Shown in pieces: positions 25,085-37,984 of a stretch of 64,000 bases of DNA. The stretch lies in the NCBI GenBank assembly GCA_013265495.1, contig MU058718.1, positions 434,001 to 498,000 on the forward strand, in the 5' to 3' direction. Source of the stretch: Vicugna vicugna. Its lineage: Eukaryota. Below the pieces are notes generated by a model. That model searched no databases and had not been told where the DNA came from. It was given only the letters and a program-made list of their open reading frames with translations. Every line of letters starts with the position of its first letter. Within the stretch, counting starts at the first letter, position 1. Position numbers and translations under genes: made by a program.

Positions 25085-25250
25085 CCAGCTCTTTTCTTAA
25101 TTGGCCTACTAATCACCAAGGGATCTCTTTAAACTGTAGATTATGATTCAATTGGCCTAGGATGGGACATGAGGTTCTGGATTTCTAAAATCTCCCAGGT
25201 GATGCCACTGAGGCTGTTCTGGTTGGTGGACCACACGTTGAGTAAGTAGC
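25085..25250. mobile_element. MER5-like hAT MITE
   Basis: atttctaaaatctcccaggtgatgcc...ggaccacacgttgag. Confidence 0.65.
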
Positions 25251-27479
25251 AAGGGAGAATGCGTAAGGAGGGGCTACAGCTGGGGAGAGGCAGTCTGCCC
25301 TGTGGAACCTGAGAAAGGCTTCAGATCCAGGCAGGAGTGACACGTGGGGCTGAAACCAAGGAGGTTAAGTGTAAGTCTGTATTTTAAGAGTTGAACCCAT
25401 TCCCACAGGGTCCAGACAGGTAAAGGGAAGAAAGCTAGTAGGATTGCACCCCATCTTGGCAACTAATTAAAATGGAAGGCTGCTCTAAAGAAAGTGAACA
25501 AATTTCCTAGGGAGAACCAGAGCAGCCTGTTCTAACATTTGGAGGGTGGAGGGTAGGGCATGGGGAGGAGGTCCTGCATGTTCACAAAGACTGAGAAGGA
25601 AGGGGTAAGCCAGAAGCACAACACAGATGCCAGGACAATGACTGAACAGGTGGTGGCCAGGAGTTGGAAAATCACGAAGATACGGTTCAGAGATTTGGTG
25701 GAGGTAAAAGGTAGAATCCCCATTTCAATTTGACACTGGAACATTCTTCACTAAGTGACAGGTGGTCATGATCCGGTCTTGTGGAGAAGGACTCCTAGCA
25801 CACTGCTCCACAGTGACCCACAGTCACATTGTCATGGAAATGTAAATTTTTATTAGTTTTCCAACTTGTAAGATGAACTCACAGACAAATTGTAGACATT
25901 TATATGGTGCTTATGGAACAGAATGAAAATGTTATGAATTGACAGTGTAAAAGTCAAGGCCAGCCTTTAGATGAAGGGAGGAGGATAAGGAATTAAAATG
26001 CTAACATCCTCTGCTTACCAAGTGGGAGGTCAGTTCGTTTTCTTTGGTGGCTGGAGCAAAAGTTGAGACTTAAGTATGTTAATTGAAGATGCAGAGGTGA
26101 CTATTGTAAGAACTGAGAATCATGATATCACTATGGGAGAGAGGGAATAAACGGGCTAAATTGTTGTCTTACGTGGTAGGAATTTAAAATGTCCAAAGTT
26201 GATTTATAAAAAAACAGCAGTAGAAGCATGTTGATTTGAGATGTGTAGGTTTGAGAAGAACGCAAGCAAAAAGGATTGCTTAAAAGATATTGCCTCTGAG
26301 GAGCAGAGCTGAGGGTGGAACTGTGGCCTTCCACATCATAAGGTCTTTTCTATTTGGTTTTTAGACTATATGTATCACTTTGATTAATTATAAATGTGTG
26401 TGTGTACATAGATATATATTTTTAAACATACATTGAGTGGCAAATTATTCCAATGGAATATAACAATATAAAATAAAACAACCATTCATAAACAGGAGAA
26501 CTATTAAAGAAATATAACAAACTGATAACATTGTGGTGAGATTATGGGATATTTTAATCCTATCAAAAATAATTGTCATCATTATTTTTCAAATAAAAAT
26601 CTGTATACCATTATTTAAAATAGGTTATGTTTGCTTAGCAATCACAAAAAACTTCTTAATGAATATCAGGGTAAATGTCTTGCCTGCAGGGATTGAAACA
26701 ACATAAAATGTTTTTTAAAAATCAGACTTGGAAGAATAAAGGGAATTTAAAGTGAAGAATATTTACACTTAAACATGGAAAATTCATATATTATTTGCTA
26801 AATGGTTTGGCAATAACTTGACTGTTGTTTTGTCTTAAACATACTTGCCAGCCTGCTCCCAGTGGAGAGTAAGAGAAAATGTCAGAGTGGACCCTTGTGC
26901 AGGAAAATCAGATTACTGCCTGGTTCTCTCCTGATCATCAGCAATAGTTGTTGAGGATTTACTGAAAGATTACTCCTTTTCCTTCTGGTCAGAAAACCCT
27001 GGGAATCTGTTCTGCTCTGTTGGCACAAAAAGACCCAGCCAACTGCTTTCAAAGAGACTGGGTGAGGGGGTGGGGAGTGCATCAGCTGATAGGTCTTTGC
27101 TCAGTATTGTAAAATCCCAAGAGAAAGTGTATAAACATAACCTTTTCTCATTTCCCTCTAGCCAGCATAATTCTAATATTTATGGAAGGTTGCAAGGAGC
27201 TGCTTGATGCAGGAGCCAGGTGATCATAATGACAGGAAATTCACCTGAATTGGTTCAAGATGTGTGTTGCCAGGAAACTATGTCCAGGGGCAAATAATCT
27301 TATTGATTCCTAGGAAATGGTGATGCTAAGTAAGTGAATAAACAGGTGCAGGTACACAAATGCCATTTAAGCTTTTTTTTTCTTAGCAAGAGAAAAGGCT
27401 TGGTCTTATTTTGTATTAAAGCTGATGGAAGATTTTTGAGGAAAAAGAAGAGTAAGGAATGATTATTTGCTATAATCAT

Positions 27480-27685
27480 CTTAATAATTATTACTGATGA
27501 TACTTTTGCAAGGTCCATTGCATACCTTATTTCTAATTCTCAAAACAACTTTTTCCTGTCTGAAAGGGAAGAGATTGCAGCCTAGAGAGATTAAGTATCT
27601 CCCTAAAGTCACACAGTAAAGGGCAGGGTTAGGATTTGGTATCCAGATCTGTCAGACTTCAGCCTGGACTATTTTCACCATAGCT
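27480..27685 (-). mobile_element. MIR SINE
   Basis: cctagagagattaagtatctccctaaagtcacacag...ggatttg...cagatctgtcagacttc. Confidence 0.65.
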
Positions 27686-28783
27686 GCCAAATGATCATTT
27701 TCCTTGTGGTCAGAGGAAAATATTAAAATAAATAACAAGAAATTTCTTTGTGGGGCCAAAAGGATTTTGGGTATGGCTTTAAATTTTGCTTATGGAAATT
27801 GAATTGGGTGTATGTTTGCCAGTGAAATTTTTTTCTGATGTTTTCCTGTAATACTAGGGGAAAACATTTTGGGTCCCAATTAGATTTCAAATGTGTAGCA
27901 GAAAGGACCACATCTGTGTGTCCACAGAGCCTATTGCAAAATGGGAGCAAATGGGAATAGCAAAGCTTCCAAGGTTGGAGCCAGCTAGGTGTCACTTGCT
28001 AGCTATATGACCTTGGGGGAGTCCCTTAGGCCACTAAGTTTCATCTACATAAAGTGAAAATGTACCCATGGTGTAGAGATGTCTAGGGGAATTTTATTTC
28101 ACAATCCTGGAGGCAGAAGTCACGTTGTTTTCTGAATCAAATTTAACCTGACTTCAACCCCTATTTGTCAAAGTGGGGCATTTTCCCCTTGATTCCACCA
28201 GAACGAGGAGTTGTCGGGGGCTATTTGGGGAAATATGGAAAACAGAGGAAGGTCTTTATTATTTAGTCCATTTGATGGCCACTGAGATGCTCATTGTCCA
28301 AACTGACTAGGTCCCCCTAAGGCAAAGCAGCTCCATCCCTCCTCTGAAGCTCGGATGCCACTCTGCCTCACTGCCGCCTCCAAGGCTGCAGCTCCTAGTG
28401 GCCAGCCTTTAGGTGGCCAGGAATAGTGCTGGTCAGGATTGGGCCTAGAGCTCTGACCACTTGGGGAAATCCCCCCAAGCTCTTCTTTGGGCCAAGGCAG
28501 AGAGTCCCAATGCGTGTGGGTCTTTCACTACTGCAGCACAGAATGATTTCAGAGGTACGCTGAGACACAAGCATTTACGTTAAGGGTTATATACTTACTT
28601 ACTGTGCATTGATAATTGGAGCTAATAAGCCCATGATAAATACCTTCCTTTAAAAATAACTTTAAGTAAAAATGTGAATCAATATTAAGTGAATAGTACT
28701 AATACCACCAGTAATGGCAGATATTGCAAAAATTATGAAGGGCTCCAGGAATGCCTGAGATGTAGAAAACATTTGTCCAGGCA

Positions 28784-29095
28784 CAGAGCTCTTCAATAGA
28801 AATATCACACGAGCCACCAGTGCAAGCCACCTATGTAATTTAAATCTTTTGAGTAGCCACATTAAAAAAGAAAGAGGTGACACTAATTTTAATGATATAT
28901 TTTATTCAACCCAATATATCCAAAATATTATTATTTCAACATGTAATCAAGATAAAAATCATCGATGAGATATTTTACATCTTTTAAAACCTGTTATGCA
29001 TTTTACACTTACAGCATTTATTTCTTATTCGGACTAACCCTGCTTCAGCTGTTCATAGCCACATTGCCTAGAGGCTACCACACTGCACAGCACAG
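28784..29095. mobile_element. hAT-Charlie MITE (MER33-like)
   Basis: caatagaaatat...gagccac...gtagccacattaaaaaag...tagccacat...ggctacc...acagcacag. Confidence 0.8.
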
Positions 29096-29502
29096 GTTAA
29101 GGGGAAGTGAGGTTACATTCTGCCATTTAAGCTTTCAAACCCGACAGTGGTTGTCACCAAGCATTTTTGCTCAAGCATCTCCAAAAGAATTTCAGAAATC
29201 AATGTGTCCCTCTGGCTTTCTCTGCCTCACACACATATTGTTAGATCGATTACTAAAAGTTTTATGAGATTAAATAGTTGTGAAGATTATGTCTGCAGTG
29301 TATTTTAAACACAGACTTTAAAACAGAACCACAACAGCATTCTGAGAGTAGTCAATGGAAGGTAATTACTCCAGTACTTTGCTACCACCATCCAGCTATA
29401 CAAATTATTGAAAAAGCTCTTCTTTTTCTTCATTTTTTTCTCTTAAACTTGTGTTTCCATTTCTCTTCCCTCTACTGAACTTTATTCAACATTTATATTT
29501 GA

Positions 29503-29620
29503 GGGGGGTGGTTACAGCTCAGTAGTGCAGCACATGCTAAAGTCCTGGATTCAATCCCCAGTGCCTCCATAAAAGAAAAAAACAACTTGCATAAAATTAA
29601 TAAAATTAAAAATTTAAAAC
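29503..29620 (+). mobile_element. tRNA-derived SINE (Vic-1-like, internally deleted)
   Basis: acagctcagtagtgcagcacatgctaaagtcctggattcaatccccagtgcctcc plus A-rich tail. Confidence 0.8.
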
Positions 29621-30389
29621 CTAAGCATTCATATATGAAAGTCTCTTATTGATTGCCCCTGTCAAGCCTCTGTGCAAAAAGAATTTATAAATTTAAATTA
29701 ACAAAATATTTCCTGTGACCATAATGCTCTAATATTTTTCATGTTATTCCGGATTGTGATATGTTTCTGTTATATAATGTATCACAATAAAATACATATG
29801 TCACAAAATGTGACAAGTATTAACATTAGAATTTTATTGGGAATCTGTTCTTAATGACAAATTGGTTCCCCACCTTTGCATCAGTTCATGTAGCCATGGA
29901 TGGATACTATTTATTGCTATAATAAGACAAGATTCAGGATCCATTCCATTCCAATTTCTGTCTTTATAAACACTGAAGAGATGGGAATAGCAAGAGTTCG
30001 GTTTTAATGACAACTCTAGATAATTTGACTTGCCTCCAATTTATACATGAAAAATTACATAATGATATATATCACAAATTATCTTAAGTGATCTATTGAC
30101 TGACAACATGATTAGGTCCTCCTTCAATTTTGATGAAAGCAAATAACTGAGAGCCACTTAACTAGCAAAAGTCATTAGAGTTAGTCATTCTCTCATTCTG
30201 CACCGCCCTTTTGCAGGGTACCTGGGGCCGTGTATCAGGGAAGATAAGGGGATGCCTGAGGTGGATGACTTCCTTGTATTCAAGGCTTGATGTGGGGGTT
30301 TTGGGGCAAGGTGGTAGGTAGTAGACAAATGATGTCTGAAAGACAGTGTCAGGGTGAGCATCTGGGCCCATGGTTGTCAATTCTGGGTC

Positions 30390-30707
30390 TTACAGAGCCA
30401 ACCGAGGTCGTAAGGGGCACCTCTATCTCCTAGAAAAAAAACTTGCTAGTAACTAGTCTCTCCTTTGAAATCCCAAACCACTACCCCCAACACCCCAACA
30501 TCCTCTCTTATCTTTAGCTGAAGATGGTATTTAAGATGAGAATTTCAGCCATTCTGGTGAGTTACTCAGTTTTTCTGGGTCTCTCCCATGTATACATGCT
30601 AATAAAATTTTGTTTAATTTTCTCCTATTAATCATCTCATGTCCATTTTATTCTTAAAACACCATAAGAACCTATATGGGTAGAGGAAAATTTCTCCCTC
30701 CCCAACA
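30390..30707 (+). mobile_element. ERV1 LTR 3' part (MER34/MER39-like)
   Basis: ggtatttaag TATA region, aataaa, and typical end gaacc..gggtagaggaaaatttctccctccccaaca. Confidence 0.7.
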
Positions 30708-31918
30708 ATGACAAACTGTTTTCTTTCTCTACACCACTGCCAAAATTGGAACCAGTGCCTTTCAGATGCTCTTCACAAAGGATCCCTGTCCTTTCACAGA
30801 TTTTCCTGTAAAGACTGTTTTAGACTGGTGCTTAGCTGTGGCTCTCTCCCTTACCTTGAGCAAGTATGGTGAAGGGATCTGGGGTGAGGGTTGAGTATCT
30901 CTGCTTTCTGATCTCTGTCTCATCCTTGTTCAGTTGGACACTATTTCCCAGCCTGACCATAAAAGGGCCTATTGTCTTTGATGGTTTGAATCTATTTAAG
31001 TTTGGTGATTATAATATACAAGGCTGGGAACATTTTTGTACTCCCCTCCAAATTTTGGTTGTATGGGGTAGAACCTGGAGCTTTTAAAATATCCTCAGAA
31101 ATAGGGACAATCATGACAGCCAGATGATATTTGAATAACTGAAGATTGGAATATACTTTTTAAACACATGTGCCTATCATGTTAACATTCTGGAAAGTCT
31201 CACTGATCTTTCAATTAAACTAGATCTCCCAAATGCATTCACACATTTTACAACTGCCTACTTTTATATAATTCTGTGTAGATTTCAATAAAAAGATATA
31301 TATATATCTTCTTATCAGTTTGGAAATAATTTTCATTTCTTTAAATAATAATTAATATTATGTATATGAAACAAGTAAGAAGAGTTGACTTTGGCAGGTG
31401 TGGAAGAAGCCAAAAGAAGAAACAGTTCAAGTAAAACCAGGGAGTTAAGAGAAGGAAATTGAGGTAGCCTTGGAGAGGAAAGTTTACACAATTTTCCTTT
31501 TAGATTCTCCTCAACTGTGTAAATACACCGACTCACCTGATGCTATTTCCCCAGACCCAGGGCTTACAGCTGTTGCTAGGATACACCCCTTTCTCCAGTT
31601 CCATCTCCCCTACACCTCTTGTGCAGTTCGCAGAAGCCAAAGACAGATCTATTCAGAGGCTGAGGGTCAGGGGCACTTCTTATATTGGAAACTAGGGGGC
31701 ACTGTGGGGTTCTTGCTCAAAAATACCACCCTACCAGCCTAAAATTCTAACATTTTCATCTCTGGGTTTCATCAAGAAAATATATGTTAGATACCTGAAT
31801 AGGACTTAAAATTAACTCAGAATTTTTCCTGGGACATTATATCATATGCCTTATGTTTCTTAGATTTAGAAAAGCAATTTGTACTGTGCAGATGGAGTGT
31901 GGAAAAATTGCTTTGGAT

Positions 31919-32266
31919 TGTTAAATTAGTTAAACAGGAAGCCATTAGACTGAGGTGGCCTTAATGCCTTAGTAGCCTAAATAAGCAAACCAAATCCTAA
32001 GCCTGTAAACGCCTCAAGGTTAAGAAATCAAAACCTAAGAACAACCAATCACAAATGGCAGGTTAGACTTTCCCAAATCAGCTTTCCCAGCTGCTTAAGC
32101 TATAGCCAATCAGATGGCTTCCTAGCTTTGCTTCTGTGTCTTTTCTTTTCACTTGCTCCTTTCTGTGGAACACTCCAAACCGATTCCGGTTTAGGGCCGC
32201 CCAACTCGGACTGAGTTTGCTCAAGCAAACCTGAAAATTTAATATGCCTTAGTTTATCTTTTAACA
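31919..32266 (+). mobile_element. Solo ERV1 LTR (348 bp, MER57-group-like)
   Basis: tgttaaa...ttttaaca inverted ends; 4-bp TSD ggat/tgat; two CCAAT boxes (aaccaatc, agccaatc). Confidence 0.8.
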
Positions 32267-32824
32267 TGATAAACTCAATCTATACATTTTTGGTTAAGAG
32301 TTTCCTTTGTGGACCAAGCTTTCCCATGGATATTAAATGATACAGAACTTCAACAAATAGCTAGAAGTTGGTTGAGAAAGCTTTGGGATTTTGAGATAAT
32401 ATAAGTAGTAGAGGGAAAATGTTAGTTTGAGTTAATGCAGAATCCTTTCTAGGGGAGAAATTATACTAAACAAAATATCTTTGGGGACTAAAGCACATGA
32501 TCATCAGAGCTGAGCTATGCTGAGGTCTGGAGTGGTAGATTAACTAATTCACAGAAAAAATGAAATGGCTGAGGTGGTGGGCAAAGAGAGCTCACCTTGA
32601 GAAGAAGAGAAGTGGGAGGAGAGGGACTCAACATCTGAAGGAGATGGGACTCTACATCAGGGTGAAGTAGAATATGGCCAAAAGTTGTTTGATATTATCT
32701 GCGATGATGTCTGTATATTTTGTATTGTCAGAGAATTCTGACTCAAACTGGCATAGCAATTGTGGGTGTATGACTGTTAATACAGTAGAGTTATCACTAA
32801 AAATTTGACTGGTTACTTATATCC

Positions 32825-33180
32825 ATTGTGATTAGGTTTAACTTCATATAACCCAAAACCCTAAATAGCAATGGTGTAAATATACAAAAGATTAGTGTCC
32901 TCGCTTGTAAAAGTCCTAAGGTAAACAGTCCAGGACTCCTGTGGTTGCTCCACAATTGTCAGGGGCCAGATTCCTTCTCTTTCTGATCTGCCATCATTAG
33001 TGAACTCATTTTGAAAGGTGCCTCATGGTCCAAGATGGCTGTAGCAGTGCCAGTCATCACCTCTGAGTGCCAGCAAAGGTAAGAGAAAATGGAAAGGAGG
33101 CTTGCTCCAGCTGTCTGTCCCTTTTAATTAGTCTTCCCATCCATCCAATATCTGTTTGCATTCTTTAGCCAGAACTACCA
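32825..33180 (-). mobile_element. Ancient ERVL/MaLR-class LTR fragment
   Basis: cctcatggtccaagatggctg...ccagtcatcac motif shared with the element at ~36050-36540. Confidence 0.55.
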
Positions 33181-33349
33181 GAACATGTTTCTGAGTGGAA
33201 GAAAGATTCAAATAAAAATTTTATAAAAAGGCAAGAAATCATGAATGATGAGCATCCATTTCCTGGATTTTTTTGTATTGAACTTCAGTTCAGATTAAAG
33301 TTCCATTACAAAGGAAGGATTAAGTGGTAAGAAGCAACTATTTAGCAAT

Positions 33350-33635
33350 TTACCTGCTTGATGAATACCTATTCTTTAAGATGCAGATTAAATGTCCCCT
33401 TCCCTCTCCCAACTCATCCAGTACTTTTAATTTCTTCTTCATCTGTATTCCCCAAATATTTCACACTTACCTCTTTAGTTGTATTTATTACACTGAATTA
33501 TAATTAGGTTTATACATCTGTCTCCTTTAGTAGATGAAAAGATCCTTAACCTATTATTCTTTGTACTTCTTCAACACCTAACATTGTACTTGGCACATAC
33601 TGGACAATCAACAAATGCCAGTTGACAATGAAAAT
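33350..33635 (+). mobile_element. L2 3' fragment
   Basis: tacatctgtctcc...cacctaacattgtacttggcacata...caacaaatg. Confidence 0.6.
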
Positions 33636-33718
33636 AAGAAAGACAGTGAAAAGACAGTTGTAGCTAAAAATTCAGAAGCTCTGAGAGAAGTAATAGGATA
33701 ACATATTTTAAGTGTAAC

Positions 33719-33830
33719 CAGTGTGACCAACTATCCTGGCTTGATCAGGAATGATGGGTTTTCTGTGATTCCAGGCTTTCAGTGCTAAAAATGGGAAGGT
33801 CCCAGGCAAACCAGGATGGTTGTCACCTTA
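33719..33830. mobile_element. hAT-Blackjack MITE (MER81-like)
   Basis: Inverted ends gtgaccaactatcctggcttg / ggcaaaccaggatggttgtcacc; internal ctttcagtgctaaaa. Confidence 0.75.
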
Positions 33831-34424
33831 CACTAGAACCTCTCTCTCAACTTGAGATTCGAACGCTGAATCAAACAAGAAAAAAACAGATAGTCAAAAA
33901 GAGTGGGAAGATCATTTCTCAAATCATGGTAAATGGAGTCTTTGACTGCTACAGAAAGGCATCTGGAGGCTTTGAGACTACAAGTCAGGGAGGGGTCTGA
34001 TTACAGGAAAGATTCAGAGTTGTTTTTATTCAAATGTGGGATTTCCCCTATTCAGTCCAGAGTTATACAACAGTGATTGATGTCAGGATTGGTAAGGCAG
34101 GTAAATCATGCCGGATACTAACGTAAGACAGATATTTGTACTTCTTCAGGTCTGACTCTGAAGTCTAAATTGTATGCCCCAGTTGTATTAATTAGGATTA
34201 ATTAATAGGCTCTGCTGCCAATAATAGAAGCCCAAAATACTAGTGGCTTAAACAACAGAGGAGTTTATTTCTTTCTCAAGTATATAACTGGACTGACATA
34301 GCAGCTCTGCTCTATAAAGTCACCAAGACTCCAGGCTCTATCAGATCTAGAGGACTCCTTTGTCTACATAGTCCATTACATCCCTATTCCAGGGGACTGG
34401 AAGTGAGACGCAACCCTGAGAGGT

Positions 34425-35445
34425 GCTATCTGCATGTCTTCTTTGGAGAAGACATCCAGACAGCCAACAGGCACATGAAAAGATGCTCAACATCACGAAT
34501 TATTAAAGAAATGCAAATGAAAACTACAATAAGGTGTCACCTCACACCGGTCAGAATGACCATCATCAAAAAGTCTACAAATAATAAATGCTGGAGAGGG
34601 TGTGGAGAAAAAGGAACCCTCCCACACTGTTGGTAGGAATGTAAATTGGTACAACCACTATGGAGGACAGTATGGAAGTTCCTTAAAAAACTATAAATAG
34701 ATTTACCATATGATCCAGCAATCCTATTCCTGGGCATACATCCAGAGAAAATGCTAATTCAAATAGATACATGAACCCCAATATTCATAATAACACTACT
34801 AATAATAGCCAAGGCATGGAAACAACCTAAATGTCCATTGACAGATGACTGGATAAAGATGTGGTCATATATATACATATATACACATACATACATACAC
34901 ACAAACAATGGAATATGTGTACATATCTTTATATGTACATATATACATATATACACATACATACATACACACAAACAATGGAATACTACTCAGCCATAAA
35001 AAGAATGAAATAATGCCATTTGCAGCAACATGGATGGACCTAAAGATTATCATATTAAGTCAAGTAAGTTAGACAGAGAAAGACAAATATAAGATATCAC
35101 TTATATGTGGAATTAGAAAAAAAGATAACAAATTTTATTTACAAACCAGAAATAGACTTATGGACATAGGGGAAAAAAACTGGTTGTGAAAGGGGAAAGG
35201 GGGAGTACGGATAAATTAGGAGTCTGGGATTAACAGCTACACATTACTATATGTAAAATAGATAAACAACAAGGATCTACTATATAGCATAGGAAATTAT
35301 ATTCGATTTCTTGCAATAAGCTCTAATGGAAAAGAATCTGAAAAAAATGTATATGTGTCACTGAATTACCTGCTGTACACCTGAAACTAATATTGTAAAT
35401 CAACAAAACTTCAATAAAAAATAAAATTAAAACAAAATCAAAAAC
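34425..35445 (+). mobile_element. Relatively young 5'-truncated L1 (artiodactyl/camelid type) with a short 5' inversion
   Basis: ORF2 C-terminus [37 protein letters not shown]...[10 protein letters not shown]; 3' UTR ending caataaaaaataaaa. Confidence 0.92.
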
Positions 35446-36049
35446 TGTTAGCTATCATCATGGTCTTAACAGTTTTGTCTAGGGCTAGCTGTCACAAAGT
35501 CCAACCTAATTATTTAATCAATCTGTAAACTGTTTACTTTCCTGAAGCAAGACTTAATAAATTGGCAGGTAAGTAACGAAACACCAACAAAAGCCAGATT
35601 CTCACTTACGTACATTCTAAAGTGAGACAAAGAGAATGGTAAGATTATCCTATTTAGTCATTCAACAAATTTGTATTAAATAGTCTCCATATGCGGGTAC
35701 CATGCAAAATATTTGGAATTATTCCTCTCATTTATGTGCCTTAAATAGAATGCACTCTCTAATGTAAAATGCAAAGAAAACATAAAGGGTCATTCTTCTT
35801 ACCCAGTAAGAGGTTGGTGGGTGGCAGAGCTGGGCTGGAGTGACTCGGCAACACTATCAATGAGCCAGGTTCCATCTGTCTTCCTATTCAACTATCAGAG
35901 TGATGACTGAGGTACAGCAAGAAAGAGACAGCAGAGAAGAGTTTGACCCAGGGCTGTGCCTTGCCAAAGCAGGGGCCACTAGCATTCCTGCCTCCAGCAG
36001 GTGGGTCTTTAAAGCCCTCTGTCAAACACCTCATTTCTTATTTTACTTG

Positions 36050-36560
36050 AAGAATTTCACTACAGGTACCAAATTTTGTAACAGGGACTCAAATACCAGC
36101 AGCTCAAAAAATGGTTTTATTTTTCTCAAGTCACGGGAAGCTGGAGTGAGGTGGTCCAGGCCTGGAATGGAGGCTTTGCTGTGTCAGTGGGGACTCAGGA
36201 TCTTCCTATCTTTCGGCTCAGTCATCCTGAGCACGTGCTTGTGGCCTGCTGGGCACAAGATGGCTAGTCCACTTCTAGCATGGCCTCTGCATTCCCAGCA
36301 AGAGAAAGAAGGGAAGGGCAGGAGGCACCTATCAGCTGAGCACCCATTTGCACTCTTTCAAAGGTCTTTCCCAGAAGTGCCACCTAGTGACTCTTTGGAC
36401 AGAACTATGTTACGGGACCATTGCAGCTGCAGGAAACTTGGAAAATGTGTATTTTAAGCCAAGTCCAGGCACACTGACTCTCTAAACTAAGCTGGAGATC
36501 TTTTAGTAAAATAAGAAGAGGAGAAAGAATATTGGGTAGGCATCTAGCAGTGACTGCCAG
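36050..36560 (-). mobile_element. Ancient ERVL/MaLR-class LTR
   Basis: ggtggtccaggcctgg...cacaagatggct...agctgcaggaaacttggaaaatgtgtattt. Confidence 0.55.
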
Positions 36561-37984
36561 AAACCAGTGGTCCACCCAGTACTGGGCTTCACCTCACCAT
36601 ATGGCACCTCTCTGATGGGAGGTCATGGCTGGCTTCTAAGATGCAATCCTGCAACGGACCAACCACAGTCTTGAAAATATCAGATCACTACAGATTTGCT
36701 TATATCTTCCCAGACACCTCTTCTCATAATAAAGATATTTTCAATTTATATAGGATTCTCTTTCTCTGGTTATTTAACAAGTTAGTGGGATTGAAAAATG
36801 TATAAAAATTGCTTCAGATCCAACACTGTTATGAATGATGTTAGGAAGTATTTGCCAGAAGCCAAACATTTGAACAGCTTTAAGCATGGCATCAGAAAAA
36901 CTACAATTACACTCAGGAAAGAACTGCTTGATGTGTGACATTAAAACGCAGTTCCCTGGGCAACTGAGAGGGAGATACATTCAATAACATCAGAGCTTCC
37001 AAGAATTGCTAAGATCATACAGAATTTGCAACACCTTTTATTTATTTTTTCATTGACAGTTAAATTGCCACTTGAAAGCATCTGCTGACTAGAAAACAGA
37101 TCCTCTACTCTGGGTAAACTAGGCACCCTCCAGAAATAACTCCCACACTAATTGATGGAGGGGTCAGGGAGAAGGCATGAGAAGTGAAAACGTGTGGGTG
37201 GGATGTATGGCCTTGCCGTCAGACACCGCTGTGTTGGAGATGATGCTATTCGCAGATAAATGTTGGTCAGTGTCCAGATCATCTTTGTCTCAGAAGACAG
37301 AGCGCCACCCCAATGTTCTCATCATACGTGAGTTTGACAGCCTTTCTTATTGAATTGTGCCATTTCACAATGCCTGGATAGGAACTCAGCAAACAGGCAT
37401 TTACCGGGGGATGAAACTCAGTAAAATGCATTGTCTAAACTATAATTCTGTACTTCCATGATTTGGGTTGCACGAAGTGTATTAAAAAGATATCAAACTC
37501 ACAGTATTTACAATCCAGTTTTATCTCACTTCATATAATCTGTTACTGAAAAACTTGAAATAAATCATATTCTTATTGACTTACATGATGATTTCAGAAT
37601 TTTTTTTTATGGACTGAAAACAAATTTTATTGACCATTAAATTTTATAAGCTAGTTTCAAGTTAGCACCTTATACATTCAAATATGTTGCATCACTTTTT
37701 ATTGACAGGTAATCGTATCACTGCATGATCTTTGGAAAAATAGCAATTTCAGAAACGTTTTATTTCAACTTCCTATTAATTTACAGTGAATAAGAGACAA
37801 GACTGTTTTTCTGTCTGTATTTAGGCTCCCTTAAGTAAATTAGCACTTAAATCCTCATTTTTCCAAGGGATCTTTCTGAAATTAGAATATTCTTTTTGTA
37901 TTTTAAGCACTCTTGCCATTAATATTGGCTAACATTTATCACTCAATTGTTATGTCTCTAGTACAGTTGCTAAACTCTACATAG

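Noticed and set aside
35900..36457. 185-aa ORF
   Set aside because: Non-ATG start, mostly over an old LTR, no recognisable protein similarity or splice context.
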